Below, in pieces: positions 50,830 to 62,767 of a stretch of DNA of 64,000 nt. Source of the stretch: Octopus sinensis (lineage: Eukaryota); assembly GCF_006345805.1 (NCBI RefSeq), contig NW_021831850.1, positions 174,964 to 238,963 of the forward strand, in the 5' to 3' direction. Under the pieces are notes generated by a model, which ran no database searches, was not told where the DNA came from, and saw only the letters and a program-made list of their open reading frames with translations. The translations under genes and the position numbers were made by a program. Every line of letters begins with the position of its first letter. Position 1 is the first letter of the stretch.

Positions 50830-53800
50830 CTCTTCTCTCTCCTTCCTCATTCCGTATTAATACCTCTTCCTTCCCCTCTTCCTTTCTCTAATACATGATA
50901 GACTCCCTCTCTTATCACACACATCATTCCCTCTCCTTCTCTACTCCTCTCCCTCTCCCTCTGTCACTTATTTATGTTATTGTTTAACCCCGCCTCCCTC
51001 ATCCCTCGTTTTCTCTCAACTCTTACTCTCCCTCCCTCTCATACATCATCTCTGTTTCCTTCCCCCTCCCTCACTTTTTGTCTCTCTCCCTCCCTCTTTA
51101 CCACCTCATATCTCATACTCTCCCTCTACCTCTTTTGCGCTCCGCCCCACGTCACACTCTCCCTCTCTTTCTAAACCTATGTATCATTCTCTCTCTCCCT
51201 CCACCTCCTAATATAATATTCTCTCATTCTCTTACGTCATTCTTTCCCTCCCTCTCTCCTCCATTTCCATCTCCCTCTCTTTCTCTATGTCTGACTTTCT
51301 CTCTCTCTTTGCTCTCTCGATTTCTCTATTTCAGTCTCTCTCTTTCGCCCCCTCGCTTCTTATGTCTCTCTCTTTCTCCGTGTCTCTGTTTGTCTGTCTC
51401 TCTCTTTCTCCCTCTCTCCCTTTCCCTCTCTCTATTACCTTATTATATATTAATGCTCCGCCTTTTTACTCTTTGTCTCTCATCTCATACTCCTCCTCTC
51501 TTCTTAACATTTATTACACTAATCCCTCCTCCTTCCTCCCCCTCTCTCTCTTTCTTCTCATCATTTTTTTACAGACTTACGTCGCCTTCCTCTCTATCTC
51601 TCTCTCATTCATTCTTTCTTTTTTGTTTCCCCTTAATTTCTTTCTGTTTTCTTTCTTTCATTTTCCTTTCTTTCTTCCTTTCTTTTTTCTTTCCTTTTCC
51701 TTTCTTTCTTTCTTCCTTTCTTTTTTCTTTCCTTTTCCTTTTTTCTTTCTTTCTTTCTTCCTTTCTTTTTTCTTTCCTTTCCCTTTTTTTCTTTCTTTCT
51801 TTCTTTCCTATTCCTCTCTTCCTTTCTTCCTTTCTTTCTTCCTTTCTTTCTTTCTTTCTTTCAATTTCCTTTCTTTCTTTCTTCCTTTCTTTTTTCTTTC
51901 CTTTTCCTTTCTTTCTTTCCTTTTCATTTTTTCTTTCTTTCTTTCTATCATCCTTTCTTTCTTTCCTATTCCTCTCTTCCTTTCTTTCTTCCTTTCTTTC
52001 TTTCTTTCTTTCTTTCTTTCAATTTCCTTTCTTTCTTTCTTTTTCTTTCTGTCTTTCTTCTTTCTTTCTTTTTTCTTTCTTTCTCTTTATTTCTTTCTTT
52101 CATTCCTCTTCCTTTCTTTCTTTCTTTCTTTCTTTCTTCTTTCATTTATCTCTTTTTTCTTTGTTTCCTTCTTTCATTTTCGTTATTTCTTTGTTTTTCT
52201 TCCAGTTTTTCATTTCCTTCTTCTTTCCCATCCTTCTCTTTTCTTTCTTCCCTCTTATCTTTCCTTCTCCTTTGCTTCTATTCTTTTTCTTCCTTTCTTT
52301 TTTCGTCTTTGCTTCCTTTCCTTTCCTTTTCTCCTTTTTGTCTATCTCCTTCTCGCCCTGATCTTATCTTTCTCTCTTTCTTTCCTTCTTTTTTCCTTCT
52401 TTCCTCCCTTCATTCTTTCTATCTTTCCTTCTTTTTCCTTTTATCTTTCCTTCTATTCTTCCTTCCTTTCTTTCTTTCTTTCCACTTTCCTCCTTTCTAT
52501 TTTTGTTTCATTCTTTCTATATTTCCTTCTTTTCCCTTTTTATCTTTCTTTTCTTTCTACCTTTCCATCTTTCTTTTTCTTTTCTTGCTCCTTTCTTTCT
52601 CCCTTTCTTACTTTCTTTCTTAATTCCTTTCTTTCTTTCTTTATTTCTTCCGCTCTCATTTCATGTACTATTACAGAATCACGTTACTTTTTTCCTTCCC
52701 GCCTCTCTTCTATCATTCCTCCTTTTTCTCTTTTCTTTTTTCCTCCCTCTCTCTCTCATTCTTTCCTTCTTTTTACTCTCTCTCTCTCACTCTCTTTCTT
52801 TCCCTTAATCTCATTGCTTCTATCTCTCTCTCATTCTTCCTTTCTTTTTGTTTCGCTTTACTTTCTTTTTCTTTCTTTCTTTTTTGTTTCCCTTTACTTA
52901 CTTTCTTTTTTCTTTCTTTCTTTTTTTCTTTCTTTCTTTGTTTCTTTCTCTTCTTTTCCTTTCTTTTTTATTTCTTTATTTCTTTTTTCTTTCTTTCTTT
53001 ACTCTTCTTTCTTTCTTTCTTTACTCTTCTTTTCTTTCATTTTGCTTTCTTTCTTCCTTTCTCTCTTTCTGTTTTCTTTCTTACAATTTCCTTTCCTTCT
53101 TTCTTTCTTTTTTCTTTCTTTCTTTCAATTTCCTTTCCTTCTTTCTTTCTTTGTTCTTTCTTTCTTTCTTTCTTTCTCTTTTCTTTCTTTCTTTTTCCTT
53201 TCTTACCCTTTTCGTTCTTTCTTTCCCTTCTACCTTTCTTTCTTTCTTCCTTCATCTCTCTCATTCTCTCCTTCTTTCTTTCTTTCTTTCTTTCTTTGTT
53301 CATTGTTTCTTTCTTTCGTTCCTCTTTCTTCTTTCCTTCCTTCTTCCTTTCTTCTTCTTCCTGCCTTCCTTCCTTCCATTCTTTCTTTCTTTTTTCTTTC
53401 TTTCTTTGTGTCCTTTTACTTTCCTTCTTCCTTCTTTCTTTCTTTCTTTCTTTCCTTTTCCTTTCCTTCTTCTTTTTTTCTGTCTTTGTTTTTTCTTTCT
53501 TTGTTTCCTTTTCCTTTCTTTCTTCTTCCTTCATCTCTCTCATTCTCTCCTTCTTTCTTTCTTTTTCCTTTCTTTCTTCTTTCTTTCTTTTTTCTTCCTG
53601 TCTCTCATTCTTTTTTCTTTATTTTTTCATTCCTTCTTTTTTCTCTTTTCTTCTTCCTTTCTCTCTCTCTCTCACTCTCTTTCATTCTTTCCTTCTTTTT
53701 ACTCTCTCTCCCTCACTCTCTTTCTTCCTTCTTTTTTCCTTCTTTCCTCCCTTCATTTTTCTATCTTCCTTCTTTTTCCTTTTATCTTTCCTTCTATTCT

Positions 53801-55085
53801 TCCTTCCTTCTTTCTTTCTTTCCACTTTCCTCCTTTCTATTTTTGTTTCATTCTTTCTATATTTCTTCTTTTCCTTTTATCTTTCTTTTTCTTTCTACCT
53901 TTCCATCTTTCTTTTTCTTTTCTTGCTCCTTTCTTTCTCCCTTTCTTACTTTCTTTCTTAATTCCTTTCTTTCTTTCTTTATTTCTTCCGCTCTCATTTC
54001 ATGTACTATTACAGAATCACGTTACTTTTTTCCTTCCCGCCTCTCTTCTATCATTCCTCCTTTTTCTCTTTTCTTTTTTCCTCCCTCTCTCTCTCATTCT
54101 TTCCTTCTTTTTACTCTCTCTCTCACTCTCTTTCTTTCCCTTAATCTCATTGCTTCTATCTCTCTCTCATTCTTCCTTCTTTTTGTTTCGCTTTACTTTC
54201 TTTCTTTCTTCTTTTTTGTTTCCCTTTACTTACTTTCTTTTTTCTTTCTTTCTTTTTTCTTTCTTTCTTTGTTCTTTCTTTCTTTTTTCTTTCTTTCTTT
54301 CTTTCTTTATTTCTTTTTTCTTTCTTTCTTTACTCTTCTTTTCTTTCATTTTCCTTTCTTTCTTTCCTTTTCCTTTCTTTCTTTCTTCTTTCTTTTTTTC
54401 TTTTTCTTTTCTTTCATTTTCCTTTCTTTCTTTCTTTCTTTTTTCTTTCTTTCTTTCAATTTCCTTTCCTTCTTTCTTTCTTTGTTCTTTCTTTCTTTCT
54501 TTCTTTCTCTTTTCTTTCTTTCTTTTTCCTTTCTTACCCTTTTCGTTCTTTCTTTCCCTTCTACCTTTCTTTCTTTCTTCCTTCATCTCTCTCATTCTCT
54601 CCTTCTTTCTTTCTTTCTTTCTTTCTTTGTTTCATTGTTTCTTTCTTTCGTTCCCTCTTTCTTTCTTTCCTTCCTTCTTCCTTTCTTTCTTTCTTCCTGC
54701 CTTCCTTCCTTCCATTCTTTCTTTCTTTTTTCTTTCTTTCTTTGTGTCCTTTTACTTTCCTTCTTCCTTCTTTCTTTCTTTCTTTCTTTCCTTTTCCTTT
54801 CCTTCTTCTTTTTTTCTGTCTTTGTTTTTTCTTTCTTTGTTTCTTTTCCTTTCTTTCTTCTTTCCTTCCTTCTTTCTATCTTTCTTTCTTTCTTTCCTTT
54901 CTTTCTTCTTTCTTTCTTTTTTCTTCCTGTCTCTCATTCTTTTTTCTTTATTTTTTCATTCCTTCTTTTTTCTCTTTTCTTTCTTCCTTTCTCTCTCTCT
55001 CTCTCACTCTCTTTCATTCTTTCCTTCTTTTTACTCTCTCTCCCTCACTCTCTTTCTTTCCCTTAATCTCACTGTCTCCCTCCCA
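50830..55085. repeat. Polypyrimidine (CT/CTTT-rich) low-complexity tract containing a ~1.34-kb tandem duplication
   Basis: Almost purine-free + strand; the unique anchor catgtactattacagaatcacgttac occurs at 52662 and 54000. Confidence 0.92.
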
Positions 55086-55658
55086 AAACCATTTTGACTT
55101 TTATAAAAGAATCTCACCTCTCTATTGTCTCGCATCATACATGAAACAGCAAGCAAACACCTTGAAATTCCTGAAGTTTTTTTGTTTTTTTTATAAAAGC
55201 AGAACACTTGAGGAAGCGTCTATCTAATATATTGTCGGATAATATGCTAAAAATTATAGTTTAGCATTTTGTATTGCTTTTCTTGAAGGATTAAAGGAGA
55301 ATTTAAGAAGCATCCGGAGGAATATTATCCAATTGGTAGTCCTACGTGATGCTAGAAATAACAGCAAGTATATCAAAGTTGTGTGTTGTCACTCATATAA
55401 AAATTAAGGGTACTCAGAAATTCGTCTCTCTCCCACCCCAGCCGATTTTAATATATCACCCCAAATCTAAGCCGAATACCCCTAACCTCTAAGCCACTTG
55501 CCTTCACTTCAGCGACCATGCAAAATCTGTGATGATTGCAGCCAGAGTGAAACGAAAAGGTAAGAATATATATATGTATTTTAAAGAAAATATTTATATT
55601 TTAAAAGATTATTTACGTATATTTATTAATTAATTATTTTATTATTTTATTTTATTTT

Positions 55659-55762
55659 TAACCTGATGAGTGGCTATATTTATATCGAAGTGATTTTACT
55701 ACTACTATTAATTATTTTACTATAATCATTTCTTAAATATAGCCACGAAACACGTGTCGTTA
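55659..55762 (+). ncRNA. Type I hammerhead ribozyme motif with long stem II
   Basis: Stem I TAAC/GTTA; CTGATGA 55663-69; 13-bp perfect stem II GTGGCTATATTTA/TAAATATAGCCAC; GAAA 55747-50; palindromic stem III ACACGTGT; GTC cleavage site. Confidence 0.85.
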
Positions 55763-55925
55763 TTCTAACAAATATATACGTCTTATTTATTATTATTTTG
55801 CAATTTACTTAATCATCGGTATATTAATTGTTATTTTATATTTAATATTTCTATTATATGTAGTTTTCTGGTGTAATTTAATTGTTCATTTTGAATTGAT
55901 AAAAGGTGTTTTTTTATCTAATTCA

Positions 55926-56095
<170 letters not shown>

Positions 56096-56290
56096 AGATC
56101 GTTAGCTACTACACGCATTTTTCTCTCCTTGTTTCTCTCCTTGTTTTTTTCTGTGTATCTTTCTGTGGAAGAGCGTAGACTCGAAACGTAAAAGAGTTTT
56201 TCTATTCCTGAGCGCTATACTAATACATTTGTTTGTTTGTACACCACCTGCCTTCGCCTTTTGTTTATTTTCGTAAACTTTCCCTTTATA
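56096..56290 (+). mobile_element. ~190-bp element with a decayed minimal hammerhead (56158-56195), between (TA)n tracts
   Basis: Stem I TCTTT/AAAGA, core CTGTGGA (A6>U), GAGC..ACTC, GAAACGTA; same layout as 62768-62975 (-). Confidence 0.55.
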
Positions 56291-56300
56291 TATATATATA

Positions 56301-59300
56301 TTGGTTGGCATCCTTTTTGTCTCGGGAGACAATGGAGTTGCGCATAAAATAATCTAGTCCGGCTTTTACATTTCATGTCCTGATACATTTCCTGCTGTAG
56401 CGGTGTAGTCCTATCCTGGACAAACACTCCCTCTCGCAGCTACCGCAAATGTAGCGAAGACTGTTCCTGGCTGGTTGTAATGCCATAGTTTCTTGTTGAC
56501 GTCTTTTCTTGTCTTTCCATTTCTCCTCTCTCTCTCTCTGTCACTCCTTTGTATTCCCTCTCTTACGGTACGTCGCCAGTCTCCACGGTTGTCGGCAACT
56601 GCCTCCCAACCGCTAATATTGATGTTGCAGGCCTTCATGTCCCTTTTGCAAACATCCTTGTAACGTAAGATCGGTCTATCCACAGACCTAGTACCCCTAG
56701 CAAGCTCTCCGTAGAGTATGTCCTTGGGGATTCCGCCATCTTTCATATGGCTAACATGCCCAAGCCATCTCATACGTCTTTGTGTGAGGAGTGCAAACAT
56801 GCTTGGTATTCCTGCTTGCCTGAGGACATCTTTGTTGGGGATATGGTTCTGCCATTTGATGCGGAGGATTTTCCGGAGGCAGCGCAGGTGAAAGATGTTT
56901 AGGCGACGCTCTTGGCGTGTGTATAGCGTCCAAGTCTCACTTCCATACAGTATAGTGCTAAGTACACATGCCTGGTAGATCTTCATTTTCGTGGTCTTGG
57001 TCAGCTTAATGTTGTCCCAAGCCCGTTTGGAGAGTTGGGCCATCGCAGCAGCTGCCTTGCCAATGCGTATATTGAGCTCAGCGTCGAGGGATAGGTTGTA
57101 GGTGACGGTAGAGCCCAGATAGGTAAACTTCTCCACCTCTTGTAATCTGTGGTCTCCAATATGTATGTTTGGGATGTCCGATATAGCCTGACCCATGATG
57201 TTGGTCTTCTTAAGGCTGATAGCTAAGCCAAAGTCGTTACATGCTTGCTCAAAACAGTTAATGAGCCTTTGGAGGGCTTCTTCTGTGTGTGATACCAGAG
57301 CGGCATGATCAGCAAATAGCATCTCCTTGATCAGAACGTTTCTGATTTTGGTCTTGGCACGCAGGCGCGAGAGATTGAACAGTTTCCCGTCACTTCTACT
57401 GTGCAGAAACACTCCATCATCTGATGTCTGAAAGGCATGTGAAAGTAGGAGCGAGAAGAAGATGCCAAACAATGTAGGAGCGAGGACACAACCTTGCTTT
57501 ACCCCGTTTTTTATTTGGAAGGCGGCTGATGTTGAACCGTTGTGCTGTATGGTACCTTGCATGTCATCATGGAAAGACTTGATGATCCTCAGCAGCTTTG
57601 GTGGACATCCGATTTTTGGAGCAGGGTGAAGAGGCCTGTTCTGCTTACCAAGTCAAAGGCCTTTGTTAGATCAATGAAGGCCATATATAATGGCATTCTC
57701 TGCTCTCTGGACTTCTCCTGAAGTTGGCGTATGGAGAATATTATATCGATAGTTGATCTGCTTCTTCTAAAGCCACACTGCGATTCCGGATAGATTCGAG
57801 AAGCAAGTAGTTGTAGCCTGGCCAGGATAACGCGGGCAAAGGTCTTTCCGACAGTGCTTAGAAGAGATATTCCACGGTAATTGTTACAATCACCACGGTC
57901 ACCTTTGTGTTTGTAAAGTGTAATGATGTTAGCATCCCGCATATCCTGAGGGACTGTACCCTCTTCTCAGCACTGACACAAAAGCTCATGAAGGTGCCGA
58001 AGCAGGATGGTGTTTTTGCCGGCTTTGATGATCTCTGAGGGGATGCCGTCTTTTCCCGGAGCCTTGTTTCTTGCTAGGGAGTCAACAGCCTTGATGAGCT
58101 CTGCTATAGATGGCGGACTGTCAAGTTCGCACATGACTGGCAAGATCTTGACACTCTCGACTGCAGCCTCAGCCACTGTAGTCTCCGTGAGTAGAGATCC
58201 TGGTAGTGCTCCACCCATCTATCCATTTGCTTGCTTTGATCCCTGATGAAATTTCCAGTAGTTGATTTCAGAGGGGCTGACTTGGTTGCGGATGGACCGA
58301 GGGCCTTCTTCAAACCGGCATACATCCCACGGGTGTCGCCCCTGTCAGCAGCTGACTGGATACTCTGACAGATTTCCTACCAGTACATATTTGCACAGCG
58401 TCTGGCTGTCAGTGGATTTTATTTCGTGCCTTTCTGAGTTCTTCGAGTGACTTTGTAGAAGAGTCACTCTTGTATTGCATCAGAGCTGCACGCTTTGCTT
58501 CGATAACTGGCTCCAGCTCTGAAAGCCCAGCATTGAACCAATCTGGGTTTTGCCTTTCTCTCATGCCGAAAGTATCTATTGATGTCGTATACAAGGCTTC
58601 CCTGATATAGTTCCACCTACTTTCAGCAGAGGAGGTTGGGCAGCCACTGAGGGCAACCTTGATAGAAGCAGCAAAACATTTTCGCAGTGTAGGGTCCGAG
58701 GTTCTGGCAGTGTTAATGCGTAGTCGGCCCACTTTCTTGGAGCGATGGACTTTTTTTAGGTAGAATCCTCACCCTACTTCTAATTAGTGAGTGGTCTGTG
58801 TCACAATCTACGCTGTGGTAACTGCGGGTCAATAGAGTAGAATTCAGAAAGGATCTCCGTGTAATGATGAGATCCAGCTGATGCCAGTGGTGAGATCTTG
58901 GATGTCTCCAAGATGCCTTGTGGGATGGCTTGTTGGTAAAGAATGTGTTTGTGATGCACAGGTTGTGGTATGTGCAGAATTCGAGTAGTCTCTGACCATT
59001 GTCATTCATGTTGCCAATACCAAAGTGTCCAACACAAATGGGCCACGAATCATGGTCAGATCCCACGCGAGCGGTAAAATCCCCTAGAAGGTAGATATTT
59101 TCAGTCGTTGGTATATTTTCTATGACACAGTTGAGATCTTTGTAGAACTGGTCCTTGGTCTCCTCTGAGCTGTAGAGAGTGGGAGCATAGATGCTGAGTA
59201 GATGTACTGAGCCAGAAGAAGTCGAGAGGCGCAGTGAGAGGATACGCTCAGTGCCCCCGATGGTGGCTCTATTGAGGAGAGTAGTGAGTTTCTCACTGCA

Positions 59301-60142
59301 AAGCCAACGCCATGTTGACGAGGTTCTTCTGGATCTCTTCCCTGCCAAAAGAAGGTGAAATCCTGCTCTTTGAGTTTGCCGTTTGAGGGAAGTCTTATCT
59401 CCTGTAGCCCAGCAATGTCTATGTTGAGCCTCTTTAGTTCACGGTCAATGATGGCCGTTTTCTTGTGTCTTCAACCCTGAGTAGATCATCAGATATTCCA
59501 GGGCACATGGTCCTGACATTCCAGCTTGCCAACCGCAGGACTGGTGTTTTCTTGACTTTTAGTTGTTTGCCTGCTGCAGAGGTTGCAGGCCGCTTTTCAA
59601 GTCATACTCTTAGCTCCAAGCACCCAATGAAGCAGGCGGCCTGTGGCGGGTCATCACCTTATTAACTGGGGTTGCGCAGCTTGAGGTGGGCAGGAGCTAA
59701 TCAATAGGACACGGAGGTCCCTCCCACCGTCAGAGGTAACCCGTAACGCCCATATTTTACGCCAATCTGAATGGACTTATCACTCGTGACTGTTACCTCC
59801 CGTGTTGTTTCTGCAGCTTTTTACAGCAGCACTGAAGTGTCCTCTCCAGTTTTGCGCAGGCCTGGGCTAGAGATAAGAAAGTCCTGGGTAGCCCAATCGT
59901 CAGGTTTTCTCTCTCGACCTTGCTAATGTAGTCCAAAGGAGTGCAGTGCATTACGTTTGGCACCAGCTTGGTTGCAGGAGCTGCCGGAAGAGTGTCGAGT
60001 CGAACACTAGACCGCCTTCGGGGCTCCACTCCGGATTTCTTTGAAGGTTGTCTCCTTTCCGTAACCCTGGATAGGGGCCCATACCGGGTACTGTCAGCCA
60101 GCTGAGCCCGGAACTCGTGTCAGGCAGGGTCGTCACTCCCTG
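56301..60142 (-). mobile_element. RTE-clade (BovB-like) LINE, near full-length, disrupted by stops and frameshifts
   Basis: APE (WNVRT at ~59520, SIYAPTL, LLGDF, HWHQLDLII, DCDTDHSL); RT (PGKDGIP, YRGISLLS, AFIDLTKAFDLVSR, GVKQGCVLAP, LFADH, FTYLGS, LYGSETW); C-terminal CGSCERECLSRIGLHRYSRKC; 3' tail gagacaaaaaggatgcc into (TA)n. Confidence 0.92.
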
Positions 60143-60240
60143 AAGTCGACCTCGGCGGAATTTGAACTCGGAACGTAACGACAGACGAAATACGGCTACG
60201 CATTTCGCCCGGCGTGCTAACGTTTCTGCCAGCTCGCCGT
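60143..60240 (-). mobile_element. 5' half of a tRNA-SINE abutting the RTE 5' end
   Basis: Reverse complement ggcgagctggcagaaacgttagcacgccgggcgaaatgc..gagttcaaattccgccgaggtcgactt matches the head of 34252-34465. Confidence 0.8.
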
Positions 60241-60305
60241 CACTTTGTTGAAGGTTGTCTATATACACACATATATGTTTGTATAGACGCACACATATAT
60301 ATATA

Positions 60306-60350
<45 letters not shown>

Positions 60351-60541
60351 GGTGTGTGTTTGTTCCTCTCATCATCGTCTAACTGTGAATGGATACAACA
60401 TTTCGGTGCAACTGTGCACATATAACCATATACATATACGCAAGAACACACAATCATATAGACACACTCATAAATATACATATAATCTTAAATTATATAC
60501 TCATATATACTTATCCACTTCTACATACATATGTTCTATTA

Positions 60542-60573
<32 letters not shown>

Positions 60574-60980
60574 TGCATACACATGCATAAACATACACAC
60601 ACACACACACGCACACACACATGCACACACATGCATAAACATACATACGCACACACACACACACACACACACATACAAAATACGACACAGTATACAAGGG
60701 CAACGGTTAAAAATCGAACATGCATTATATTAACCTATCTGCTCTTTTCTTTTTTCTTTTTTTTTTATATATGCATAAGCGCATACATATACAATACATA
60801 CATACATCCATACATGCTCATATGTGCATGCATGTGCATTTTTTCTTATAGCACCACACACGCACATACGTATCGAACAACGTACGCCCATACGGTTATA
60901 TTCAACTGCACATAAGTGTCTTAGCACCACGCATTGCAACATGTATGTAAGGATTACATGTAAACGAGAGAGAGATGTGG

Positions 60981-61427
60981 TTATAGAATGGTCCTCCTGA
61001 ATGGGATCTGGATGTTACACCATTCGGATTTTCGGTTGAGAGTAGGTTTGTATTCTTGTATACAAACAGCTTCTGTGACCTGTCTCAACATTGCATCGGT
61101 GGGATGTGTTGATAGGATGTTCAACTTAAGTTTCCCTGAGGATCCCCCGTGGCAGTCCACAGCATGTTGGTAGAAGATGGAGTTTGGCTTCCTTTCAATG
61201 TAGTTGTCCAGGTGTTCTTTGAACCTATCATTGATACTTCTAGAAGTCTCACCTATGTATGACTCTGGGTTAGTCTCGCAAGCTCCTTCTTGGCACTCAA
61301 TTTGGTATACAGTGCCCTTGGTTTTGCAGTTCACATGTGGGTTTGTCGAACATACTGCACAATTACTTTGACAGGTGATTCTATCAAATGGATATGAACT
61401 GCATAATGCAGATTTGGCATTATGCAA
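60981..61427 (-). pseudogene. Penelope-like element GIY-YIG endonuclease C-terminal fragment
   Basis: CAVCS..NCKTKGTVYQIEC..YIGETSRSINDRFKEH..HAVDCH..RQVTEAVCI..KPTLN: GIY-YIG consensus as in Penelope-like elements. Confidence 0.88.
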
Positions 61428-61482
61428 ACGGCATTATGCAAACGGCATTATGCAGATCATATCCATTTGATAGAATCACCTG
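61372..61482. repeat. Fold-back inverted repeat with three 14-bp units in the loop
   Basis: caggtgattctatcaaatggatatga (61372-97) is the exact reverse complement of 61457-82; ggcattatgcaaac repeats at 61416, 61430 and 61444. Confidence 0.92.
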
Positions 61483-61702
61483 AGAGGTGAAAAGTAGAAC
61501 AACAAAGGGCCATTGACATCAATCGGATCCATTGTCATGTAAAAGGCCGCAGGTGAGAACACCTGCTCAAACAAGATTGTCAACGACTACCATCACAGGT
61601 ATATGCAAGTGTCCATCACACACAGAAACATCAACCGCAACCACCACAAACATATAAATGCATACAAATAAACATGTGTTTGTACGTGTATCCGTGAGAG
61701 AG

Positions 61703-61755
<53 letters not shown>

Positions 61756-61935
61756 ACACCCGTCTGGCTACTTCATTTAAATTTTACAGTATCGATGCTT
61801 TTCAATTCTGTTGCGTTTCACTGGAGACGGATGCTGTCCAGTTCCAGTGTTGTGTCAGCATCGATTTTAGGGTGGACACTCATGTACATACATGTGCACA
61901 TGCGTATATTGTTATATGAGCGTATATATACATAT

Positions 61936-62019
<84 letters not shown>

Positions 62020-62068
62020 ATATGTATGTATGTATGTATATATATATATATATACATATATAAATAAT

Positions 62069-62640
62069 AACAAAGGGTGAAATTAATTAATTAAGAAGTA
62101 ATCAGTAATTTCACCAAGTAGAATTCGGCATGCAAAAGACCTATTCAAGGTAAGTTTAAGTAATACTAAGTAATTAGAGTTCAGCACCGAATTTAGAAAT
62201 AGCAGACAAAAAGTCTTGGCAACACGCTGGTGGACAGGGGAGAGTGACTTACTTTCATTCACTTTTTGAATTTGGATGATACCATGAGTTGAAGTGATAT
62301 TTTCTAGTGCCTTCAAATTTAATACACAATTATTAATAATTGAGACGCAATTATTTATAATTGAAGAATCCTACGCTGATGAGGAAAATAGTCAGGTAAG
62401 GTATAATTATTTATTTTTTATGCTCTATACTGGCTTAATTCCGAAACGCGCGTCCATAGGCAACTTAATATAGAATGATTTTCGTCATTTCTTTCTCTCT
62501 TACCTGCGTCGTTTGTTTTTAAGTGCTTTGGTTTTACTGGGATCTCCCTTTAAAGTAGAAAGAATAGCCAAGACTTTTTGACTGCTATTTTTAAATTCGG
62601 TGTGTGGTGAGGCAAATCGTTGCTGAACCCTAATTACTTA

Positions 62641-62643
<3 letters not shown>
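62069..62643 (+). mobile_element. Short non-coding element: leader, inverted-repeat arms and a central hammerhead ribozyme, inserted in (TA)n
   Basis: Left arm 62164-62220 pairs with right arm 62567-62643 (the right arm has ~20 extra nt); HHR at 62370-62460; related copy at 4894-5092. Confidence 0.75.
62370..62460 (+). ncRNA. Type I hammerhead ribozyme motif
   Basis: Stem I CCTACG/CATAGG (one mismatch); CTGATGA 62376-82; stem II GGAA/TTCC extended by AGTCAG/CTGGCT; GAAA 62443-46; palindromic stem III ACGCGCGT; GTC cleavage site. Confidence 0.85.
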
Positions 62644-62702
<59 letters not shown>

Positions 62703-62720
62703 TATATATAATATATATAT

Positions 62721-62755
<35 letters not shown>

Positions 62756-62767
62756 ATTATATATATA

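Noticed and set aside
51078-55227. Very long F/S/L-rich ORFs (up to 1259 aa) and antisense K/E/R-rich ORFs
   Set aside because: By-products of the purine-free CT tract, which cannot form stop codons on the + strand; no domain signal.
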